Positions 9,829 through 18,181 are shown, numbered from the stretch's first letter. The stretch is 64,000 nucleotides of DNA from Candidatus Bathyarchaeia archaeon (GCA_038868075.1 JAWBXB010000001.1:2872-66871); one strand, 5' to 3'. The notes: generated by a model from the letters alone, not told the origin. Made by a program: numbers and translations.

Positions 9829-10128
9829 CTAAAACCATTTTGTCAGGTCTTTCCTTAGGATCCTTGGGTTTAGGATTACTTCCAGAAATCTATCCCTTAC
9901 GGGCTCATAAACCTGCTTAAAGAATTTTTGTTGGTTAAGGAGGGTCTCCTTAGGGAAGCCCTTTAGGTATTCTATTGCTGCCTGCCAAGCCCTCTCATAG
10001 CTTACTATGCCAGCGATATGTCCAGCTATCTGCCTATCATAATCCTCAGGCTTCTGCGTCTGATCACCTATAGTAAACCATCCATCCTTAGACACGAAGG
10101 CTACTTCATCACCTATTTGAACAGCCAC
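9829..10128 (-). CDS. Hypothetical 99-aa protein; either translationally coupled to, or the frameshifted C-terminal part of, the upstream AEP-like gene
   Basis: GTG start overlapping the stop of 10113..11111 by 16 nt. Its frame stays open upstream to 10167, i.e. into a G6/C6 homopolymer (10163..10168) where a +/-1 shift would fuse both ORFs. Confidence 0.4.
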   Translation of the reverse strand: MAVQIGDEVAFVSKDGWFTIGDQTQKPEDYDRQIAGHIAGIVSYERAWQAAIEYLKGFPKETLLNQQKFFKQVYEPVRDRFLEVILNPRILRKDLTKWF

Positions 10129-11111
10129 TTCGCTTCCTGAAGCAGATTTAATATCGCTTTCACCCCCCTACCCTTAAGCAGTCTTCTAGAAGCTATCTCC
10201 CTAACATGCTTTTTAGCCCAAGCATAAAATATAGCCCTATTTAACCCAAAGGATTTAGCCCTCTCCAAATCATCGGTTAAAAGATAGTATCTTGCCGCTT
10301 GGAGCAAACCCATAACCTGGAAGCGCCCTATTTTACCACCCTTTAAATCGGCTTCGACGCTTGCCCCCAAGGTTTTCTGGACTGTTACAGATACAGCTGT
10401 CCTTATATGGGTGTTATTGGATGTGCTGAGCCAACCCTTATATCTTCCAACCATTTTTATGGCTTCCGAAGCCGCCTCGTCACCCTCAACATAGATTCTC
10501 CATTCAGTGTTATGTTTGAAGCTATCTGGGTTAGCCCACTCAATTTCAAAGCTATCTATTTCATCAGGCTCAAAGCATACGCAGCAGAGGTTTCTCCTCC
10601 TATGTAATGATAGTGGTGCCGTGAAAACCCTCTTCAAGTCTATTTCATTCTCAACCTTAATGCTATTATACTTTGATATTACATCCAGTATCTTCTCCCT
10701 ACATCTCTCAAGAGCTAAGTCTACTAGGGAGTATGCTACATCGAGAGGGTTATGTTTAGATAGGATTTCGCTTGAGAAGCATCTCTCATGAACATGGACG
10801 TGGGCTCCCTCACTGCTCCATTTAATAAAAACCGACTTAATTATGCCTAGTCGCTCGAGCTCATCAACTATTATCCTAGCAACATTAATAACTCCTTTCC
10901 ATTCATTTAATTCGCCATCAATATCCCATATTGGTGAGGCATAGGCTATATTAGCGGGATCCTCAAGAATGAATCTATTAGACAAATCCTTATAGATATT
11001 TATTGAGCCATAAATAGATCTTGGGTTCACGCCACCGAAATGTTTCAGCATGTCCAAAACATCCTGAGAAGTATTGACAGATAATGGTTTACCGTCCCTC
11101 CAATACCTCAA
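10113..11111 (-). CDS. Divergent archaeo-eukaryotic primase (AEP / PriS-like primase-polymerase) with C-terminal helical domain
   Basis: Motif-by-motif parallel to the bona fide PriS in this window: RSIYGSINIY vs SNVYYSTAYY; PIWDIDGEL vs LFFDIDADH; WSSEGAHVHVH vs FSGHRGYHVQV; IDLKRVFTAPLSLHRRRN vs VDIHRLIRLPGTLHGKTG. Lacks the Zn-knuckle insert. TTG start is uncertain. Confidence 0.65.
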   Translation of the reverse strand: MRYWRDGKPLSVNTSQDVLDMLKHFGGVNPRSIYGSINIYKDLSNRFILEDPANIAYASPIWDIDGELNEWKGVINVARIIVDELERLGIIKSVFIKWSSEGAHVHVHERCFSSEILSKHNPLDVAYSLVDLALERCREKILDVISKYNSIKVENEIDLKRVFTAPLSLHRRRNLCCVCFEPDEIDSFEIEWANPDSFKHNTEWRIYVEGDEAASEAIKMVGRYKGWLSTSNNTHIRTAVSVTVQKTLGASVEADLKGGKIGRFQVMGLLQAARYYLLTDDLERAKSFGLNRAIFYAWAKKHVREIASRRLLKGRGVKAILNLLQEAKWLFK

Positions 11112-11802
11112 AAAACCCTACTACTTAAGGCTCCACCCTCAAGAGCAACCCATCTACCTCTACAGTAATCAGTAATCTCGCACCTAACAACATCACTTAA
11201 ATAATATTCCTCCGAGGGGATTGCACCCCCAACTATCTAAGCACCTAGAGGTAAAAGAAAAACGTAGTGAGACATAAAAATTATCACGGGAAAATATGCA
11301 AAAATACTCCAGAAAAATAAATTAACAGATCCCAGGAAGTAAGATCCCATCAACATTCAATCCCTCTTTATGATAACCAAGAAATTTTTTCACGGAATGA
11401 CAACTGTACTCATCTTCCTCCCCAATTCTCCTATGAGATTCCACTGAAAATTGAAGAAGAATATTATTGGTAAACCACGAGTATGCTGAGACATGAAGGG
11501 GAATCCCATGCATTTTTGGTAAGCATGATTCTAATCGTTTTACCTTTCGCCGAAAATAATCAGCCCTAACATCGTGAGATAGTTGTGATGTTTAAACATG
11601 GAGTTCAACATAATCGAAATATGCTTCTATCCATCCACCACAAGTTTCTATAAATGGTTGAATTAAATGAGTTTTATCCACTTTAATGTTAAATCTTCTC
11701 TCCATGCTTTCTATTATAGGCTTTAAGTCTAAATCTACTTCATGCCATACTCCTAGCTCTATCCCATCACTATCTAAGAACCTTACTGAATAGTAATAAA
11801 GC

Positions 11803-14800
11803 CTTTCAACTTCATATTATTCTCTTTGTGAGATTCCTGAAACCATTGTTGATTGCGCGATGTTTTTACTGATGGATACCTTTCAATTCTCTTTGTGAGA
11901 TTCTATTACTCTGTTTACAAGCTCAATATCATCCTTATCTATATCTACTTTCAATTCTCTTTGTGAGATTCTACGGCTGGCAAAAAGACTTTGTAGGGCT
12001 AAGAAAGGAAGCTTTCAATTCTCTTTGTGAGATTCACACTTATCGGCAAACCGGTTAATCTGAATCATGAAGCTCGCCTCTTTCAATTCTCTTTGTGAGA
12101 TTCAGGGGCAGAACATGCAGTTTCCGCTATGCCCATAAAGCTTGTAGCACTTTCAATTCTCTTTGTGAGATTCCATAACCGAAAGCTTCCGGCTAACCAC
12201 GAAGACAAAATTTACTTTCAATTCTCTTTGTGAGATTCTGAGACCAAAGTTGCCATAAACGAGCTGGCTGAATCAATACTTTCAATTCTCTTTGTGAGAT
12301 TCATCAGCATTCAAATTAAGAGCATAATCTTTAAGGATAGGCTTTCTTTCAATTCTCTTTGTGAGATTCTGGAGAAAAGAATAAGAAGAGATAAGTTTTA
12401 CATCATTATGCTTTCAATTCTCTTTGTGAGATTCCCAGAAGACCTAATTATGAGGATAGATAGGCTGGTTGAGTCCTTTCAATTCTCTTTGTGAGATTCA
12501 AACATTTCCACCCGGCGCAGAGCAGACCTCATAATATTTTCTTTCAATTCTCTTTGTGAGATTCCGTCATGCAGCCGCCAGCTTAGGCTTATATCATCTA
12601 TATCCTTTCAATTCTCTTTGTGAGATTCCGGCCCAACAGCCGCCTGATCCATCTGCAGGTCTTTCTCCCTTTCAATTCTCTTTGTGAGATTCTACGCTTA
12701 CTTTACTGGGGAAACTCTGAGGCAGATTGAGCTTTCAATTCTCTTTGTGAGATTCGTGGCTCCTGAAACAGATTAGAGACACGCCAGGAACATACCACTT
12801 TCAATTCTCTTTGTGAGATTCGTTACAGCTTTGCTATCTCCGATACTGGCTTTCGCTTAGAAGCTTTCAATTCTCTTTGTGAGATTCCATAGCCAACGCT
12901 CCCCACTAAGCTCATACGCAACGCTAACTTTCAATTCTCTTTGTGAGATTCTGAGGAGGGAAAAAAGCATAATGATTGAGAGCGCAAGTATACTTTCAAT
13001 TCTCTTTGTGAGATTCCAAATAATAATCATAGCGAAGAACAGAACCCCCACCCAAACAACTTTCAATTCTCTTTGTGAGATTCTTACGCATGGAAACCTC
13101 GTTCCAAATACCTTTAAGGCCTTTCAATTCTCTTTGTGAGATTCATTATTTGTGATCCACCATACAAGCTTGCAATTCATAGACTTTCAATTCTCTTTGT
13201 GAGATTCCATATTCGATTCTTAATCCCTCAGCCGTCTCCTCAATCCTCTTTCAATTCTCTTTGTGAGATTCCCTTCGGCTTAACTTTAAAGGCTCTTCCA
13301 AAAGTATTCTTTCAATTCTCTTTGTGAGATTCTTAGAGATGTGCCGGGCGCCTATCATGGCAGAATAATCCGTGCTTTCAATTCTCTTTGTGAGATTCCG
13401 TTATATCCCTCACAATATCTCTTGCCACAGCATTCTTCTTTCAATTCTCTTTGTGAGATTCGCACCTATCCCACTTCCTACGGGGGCCGTTATAACCAAG
13501 ATTGCTTTCAATTCTCTTTGTGAGATTCTGCAAAATGGTTTATTCTGATTGGAGGTGGTGAGATTTGGTCTTTCAATTCTCTTTGTGAGATTCCCAAAGC
13601 ATTAACTGCATTGCGAAAGTCCTCATTTGTATTATACCTTTCAATTCTCTTTGTGAGATTCAAGAACACCATACATATTAACAGATAGTTATTTGATAAC
13701 ATTAAATCTTTCAATTCTCTTTGTGAGATTCAGCAAAAAGATGAGTAAGCCGATAGGTAAAGAAGACTTACACATACTTTCAATTCTCTTTGTGAGATTC
13801 AATCCTCATTTGCTTTATAAATTCTAGTGCTTTTTTACTTTCAATTCTCTTTGTGAGATTCAGAGTTCATCGCAGACTCAATCCGCACGCAAATTCTAAT
13901 GTGGAGAACCATAACCACTTTCAATTCTCTTTGTGAGATTCCGGAGACAAGCGCAGCTATAGCGGTTATAACGAGCATGATCTTTCAATTCTCTTTGTGA
14001 GATTCAGCGAAAAGGCTGTTGCTCCGCATGAGACGCCGAAGGCTCCTGCTTTCAATTCTCTTTGTGAGATTCTTGATAGGGATATTTATGAAGCCCTCTG
14101 GAAAATCGTGACTTTCAATTCTCTTTGTGAGATTCAAACTCATCATACGCACTACTTATCAATCTCATACATTCCTTTCAATTCTCTTTGTGAGATTCTG
14201 TGCTGTAGTTCCAGATGATTGCAGGATCCACTGTGGCTGCCTTTCAATTCTCTTTGTGAGATTCTCTGGCAAAGAGGTATACACGTTAGCTTGTTTGTGG
14301 TGTAGGGACGGCTTTCAATTCTCTTTGTGAGATTCCTGACGAGAACTATTACTGCTTGCTCTAATGAAATTTGTTTCGCTTTCAATTCTCTTTGTGAGAT
14401 TCTTAGGGCGAGAATGCCCCGCCAGTCCTCCTCCTTAATCTCTTTTTTATACTTTCAATTCTCTTTGTGAGATTCCTATATGGATATTTTGGTGGAAAAA
14501 TATATAAAGCTTTGTATCCATATACTTTCAATTCTCTTTGTGAGATTCCAGCAATAATGGGAATAGGCGCATTATGTTTATGTGTAGCATTCTTTCAATT
14601 CTCTTTGTGAGATTCCAATTAAGGGATTAGTTTGGCTATTATTAGCAAACTTCTGGACTTTCAATTCTCTTTGTGAGATTCGTAAATGTTCGGTTGAATA
14701 ATAATTTTAATCCAGTTTTAATCTTTCAATTCTCTTTGTGAGATTCCCTTTTGTTTCCATCCTTTTTCACCCAGACGAAAAATCGCTTTCAATTCTCTTT

Positions 14801-14876
14801 GTGAGATTCTAAAAGAGGCCGATTGTTATGCTGCTTTTGACTACATTAGAAACTTTCAATTCTCTTTGTGAGATTC
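11803..14876 (-). CRISPR. CRISPR array: 46 identical 24-nt repeats (CTTTCAATTCTCTTTGTGAGATTC as written on +), one degenerate terminal repeat at 11803..11836, and 46 unique spacers of 37-56 nt
   Basis: All repeats were located by hand (first perfect repeat 11880..11903, last 14853..14876) and the spacer lengths sum correctly. Reverse complement GAATCTCACAAAGAGAATTGAAAG ends in ATTGAAAG (canonical 8-nt crRNA 5' handle) and has a TCTC/GAGA mini-stem. The degenerate repeat lies at the low-coordinate end, so transcription is inferred on the minus strand with the leader at 14877+. Confidence 0.97.
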
Positions 14877-15082
14877 CGAGGGTTTTTCTTGCTCCGTTTA
14901 CTTATCTGGGCATTTTTTGTATTTAAGTTTTGTGGTGTTGTTTCGGTGGTTGCTGATCTGCATTCAGGGTATGTGTTTCCACCGAAGCGCAGTGGAAAAA
15001 ATATAGTGAGTCGGTGTTTCCATTGGAGAATTGGTTATGTTTTTATTTTTTGGTTGTGGAGTCAATAGATTAAAAAGTTGGT
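14877..15082 (-). promoter_or_regulatory. Putative CRISPR leader and divergent promoter region shared with the DUF5131-like gene
   Basis: Non-coding stretch next to the newest repeat. On the minus strand, BRE/TATA-like ACAAAACTTAAATAC (TATA core 14927..14919) lies about 45 nt upstream of the first repeat. Direct repeat GTGTTTCCA at 14973..14981 and 15014..15022. Inverted repeat TTTCCAC(14976..14982)-N9-GTGGAAA(14992..14998). Palindromic TCCATTGGA at 15019..15027. Confidence 0.5.
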
Positions 15083-15109
15083 TTGAGCATAGTTATTCTT
15101 TGGAGGTTA

Positions 15110-15796
15110 ATGGTGGTTGCTGGTAAGAGGTTTGGTGAAATAGACTGGTCTTGGAATCCGATAACTGGCTGCCTTCACAACTGCAATTACTGTTGGTCTA
15201 GGATGTTCTCTAGGAGGCTTGCTTCCATGAGCGTTGAGCCCTATAAAACTCATGGTTTTAATCCCGCCTTCGCTGAGTGGAGGCTTAGGCAGAGGATTCC
15301 TGATGGAAAATTTATTTTTGTTTCAGATATGGGTGATATGTGGGGCGATTGGGTTCCAGGGGAGTGGATTGAAAGCGTTTTAAGGGTTGTTAGATCTAAG
15401 CCTAAATCAAAATTCTTCTTTCTAACAAAGAACCCAAAGAGATATTTGGAGTTTGAGGATAAATTTAGCGAGAACGTTGTTTTAGGAGTAACCTTGGAGA
15501 CTAATAGGGATTATAAATTGAGTAGGGCGCCCACTCCAAGAGAGAGATATGAGGCTATGATTAAGCTTAACTGGAAGTGGAAAGCTATCGTTATTGAGCC
15601 AATCCTAGACTTCGATGAGGAATTCATAGACTGGATATATAATATATCGCCAGAAATAGTCTACGTAGGCTACGATAATTATGGAAACAATCTTCCAGAA
15701 CCTAAGCTCGCCAAAACACTAATACTTCTAGAAGCCTTAAGGGGCATAATCGACCTAAGACCTAAAACAATAAGGAAAGCATGGAATGAACCATAA
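15110..15796 (+). CDS. Phage Gp37/Gp68 (DUF5131)-family protein with radical-SAM-type CX3CX2C motif
   Basis: IDWSWNPITGCLHNCNYCWSRM resembles the family N-terminus (iewt..tWNPvtGC...C..CYa). ATG at 15110 is preceded by GGAGG (15103..15107); the track ORF starts at a TTG at 15083. Confidence 0.6.
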   Translation: MVVAGKRFGEIDWSWNPITGCLHNCNYCWSRMFSRRLASMSVEPYKTHGFNPAFAEWRLRQRIPDGKFIFVSDMGDMWGDWVPGEWIESVLRVVRSKPKSKFFFLTKNPKRYLEFEDKFSENVVLGVTLETNRDYKLSRAPTPRERYEAMIKLNWKWKAIVIEPILDFDEEFIDWIYNISPEIVYVGYDNYGNNLPEPKLAKTLILLEALRGIIDLRPKTIRKAWNEP

Positions 15797-15808
15797 TTAA
15801 TTATTAGA

Positions 15809-16882
15809 TCAGCATATTCTTGGAACCGGATCACCTAGGGGTCTTGGAATAATCCTCCTCCCACCAATATATGTCTGCATGGCAACACCACTAAACTCAT
15901 CTGTCACCTCACCTATTATCTCAGCATCTTTACCCTCACTAGTCCCCCTAAGAAATTCCAGGGCTTCCTCAGCCTTCTCCCTAACAACGCCAATAACAAC
16001 TTTACCCTCATTACCAATCTCAAGCGGATCTAAGCCCAGCATCTCACATGCAGCCTTAACAGGCTCCTTAATTGGAATCTTATCCTCATAAATAATTATT
16101 CCCCTCCTAGACTTCTCACTAAACTCATTTAAGGCATCAGCCAAGCCGCCACGTGTAGGATCCTTCATGGCTACGACCCCACCGACCTCATCCAGTAAAC
16201 GCTGAATTAACTTATTTAATGGCTTAACATCAGACTTTATCTCACCGCTTAAACCTAAACCCTCCTGGGCTAACAGAACAGATATTCCATGATCACCTAT
16301 TGTACCCGAAAGAATTATTTTATCTCCAACATTCAGATTCGAGTCCATTAACCATCGGGCATTGAAACTTGCCCTATACCTTCTCACAACACTAATATTT
16401 TTATCTAGGGCAGGTGTCCTCACACCTATACCCGAAGTGTTTATTACGCATCCACCTAGAGCACCCTTCTCAACAACCTTCGTGTCACCAGTAACAATTG
16501 GAACATTAGCCTCAAGGCACGTCTCCCTAATACTCCTCAATATGCGCTCTAAATCAGTTAGCGGTAACCCTTCCTCCAAAATTAATCCACATGTCAAAGC
16601 TATTGGTTCAGCGCCCATAACAGCAATATCATTAACTGTTCCCGAAACAGCTAAGCGACCTATATCTCCGCCCGGAAAAAATATTGGCTTAACAACATGT
16701 GAATCGCTCTTTAAGACAATATCTCTGACAACTGCAGCATCATCTAAGGCTTTAAGTGGAACCTCAAAATTTTCTTCGTCAAGATCGCTGAAAAACCTCA
16801 AAATATACTTTTTGATAAAGTCATGCATAACTGAGCCGCCAGCCCCATAGAGCATTGTTACATACCCACTTTCAACACTCAT
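15809..16882 (-). CDS. hypE: Hydrogenase maturation protein HypE
   Basis: PurM-like fold signature and the diagnostic C-terminus ...GDPVPRIC. Confidence 0.95.
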   Translation of the reverse strand: MSVESGYVTMLYGAGGSVMHDFIKKYILRFFSDLDEENFEVPLKALDDAAVVRDIVLKSDSHVVKPIFFPGGDIGRLAVSGTVNDIAVMGAEPIALTCGLILEEGLPLTDLERILRSIRETCLEANVPIVTGDTKVVEKGALGGCVINTSGIGVRTPALDKNISVVRRYRASFNARWLMDSNLNVGDKIILSGTIGDHGISVLLAQEGLGLSGEIKSDVKPLNKLIQRLLDEVGGVVAMKDPTRGGLADALNEFSEKSRRGIIIYEDKIPIKEPVKAACEMLGLDPLEIGNEGKVVIGVVREKAEEALEFLRGTSEGKDAEIIGEVTDEFSGVAMQTYIGGRRIIPRPLGDPVPRIC

Positions 16883-16964
16883 ATACCTTCACGTCCAAAC
16901 TATCTAAGAAGAGTATTATCCGCCTACAGATATTCTTAAATCACCGTTCAATCTAAACTTTCCT

Positions 16965-17363
16965 ATGCATGAATGGGCATTGGCTGAAGCCATAATATCA
17001 TCTGTTTTTAAGATAGCCGAGGAAGAGGGCTTAAAAGAAGTAAAGGAAGTCCAGTTAAGTATAGGTGAACTGCAACAGATTGATAAGGAGATTTTAATGT
17101 TCGCTCTATCCCAAATGAAAACCGGGAAACTATCTAACGCCAAGTTCACTCTAAAAACTAGGAGGGCAAGATTTAAGTGCAGGGTATGCGGACATAAATG
17201 GCTCCTTAAAGATATGAAGGTACCTAACGATATTAAAGAGTCAATACATTTTGTTCCAGAAGTGGCTTCTGCGTATTTCAGATGTCCAAAATGCGGCAGT
17301 CCAGACTTTGATGTTTCCAGTGGAAGGGGCATGTGGATATCCAGCATTAGGGGTGTTAAATAA
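16965..17363 (+). CDS. hypA: Hydrogenase nickel-insertion protein HypA
   Basis: N-terminal MHEWALAEAII and Zn site CRVCG...CPKCGS. Confidence 0.9.
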   Translation: MHEWALAEAIISSVFKIAEEEGLKEVKEVQLSIGELQQIDKEILMFALSQMKTGKLSNAKFTLKTRRARFKCRVCGHKWLLKDMKVPNDIKESIHFVPEVASAYFRCPKCGSPDFDVSSGRGMWISSIRGVK

Positions 17364-17365
17364 GA

Positions 17366-18133
17366 ATGCTCGATCCAAGATTAAGCATAATAGATGAGAG
17401 ACTAAGCGGAATAAATAGAATAATTGTTGTTTCAAGCGGTAAAGGCGGTGTTGGAAAAAGCATCATAGCCTCAACCATGGCTCTGATACTGGCACATAAA
17501 GGTTTTAAGGTAGGACTTTTAGACCTAGATTTCACCAGTCCAACAACGCATGTAGTTTTAGGCGTGAAGAATCTTAAGCCAATTGAAGACAAAGGCATAA
17601 TTCCGCCAACAGTTCACGGCATAAAATACATGTCCCTAATCTTCTATCTAGGTGACCAAATAGCACCATTAAGAGGCTCAGATGTCTCCAACGCCCTACT
17701 AGAAATACTATCAATTACACGATGGGGGAACCTGAATATCCTAATAATTGATATGCCGCCGGGTATAAGCGATCTAATGCTTGACGTAATTAAATACGTT
17801 AGGAAAGCAGACTTCCTAATAATAACATCATCATCAAAAATGTCCTTTGAAACCGTGAGAAAGCTAATCCTACTATTAAAGGATTTAAGAGTCCCAGTAA
17901 TCGGCATTATAGAGAATATGAAAATGGATAATTCGGCATATATCAGGTATGAGGTTGAGGCGCTGGGAGAGAACTTTTTAGGAGAAATATATTTTGATAG
18001 GAGACTTGAGGATACAATTGGGAGGATAGATGATCTCCTAAAGACGGAGTTCGCGAGGAAAATTGAGGAAATAATAGAAACAAAAATATTTTTAGATTCA
18101 ATTTTAAGCAAGAGGAATTGCCGAGAAAAATAG
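17366..18133 (+). CDS. Mrp/MinD-family P-loop ATPase, probable ATPase-type HypB partner of HypA
   Basis: Deviant Walker A SSGKGGVGKS. Starts 2 nt after the hypA stop. Mrp/MinD-type HypB is known from Thermococcales. Confidence 0.7.
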   Translation: MLDPRLSIIDERLSGINRIIVVSSGKGGVGKSIIASTMALILAHKGFKVGLLDLDFTSPTTHVVLGVKNLKPIEDKGIIPPTVHGIKYMSLIFYLGDQIAPLRGSDVSNALLEILSITRWGNLNILIIDMPPGISDLMLDVIKYVRKADFLIITSSSKMSFETVRKLILLLKDLRVPVIGIIENMKMDNSAYIRYEVEALGENFLGEIYFDRRLEDTIGRIDDLLKTEFARKIEEIIETKIFLDSILSKRNCREK

Positions 18134-18181
18134 GAAGAGAAGCCTATTGGTTCGCCGAAAAATTTTACAGGTTGGAAACAT

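Noticed and set aside
12294-14385. Many 60-90 aa ORFs in the track lying inside the CRISPR array on both strands (e.g. 12294..12494, 12857..13066, 13997..14218, 14152..14385), with recurring peptides FNSLCEI / LTKRIES / ISQRELK.
   Set aside because: These recurring peptides are simply translations of the 24-nt repeat in different frames. The ORFs are artefacts of the repeat periodicity.
14868-15068. 66-aa ORF covering the CRISPR leader.
   Set aside because: It starts inside the last repeat and encodes a low-complexity, Phe/Val/Gly-rich sequence from G/T-rich non-coding DNA. The region is better explained as leader and divergent promoter.
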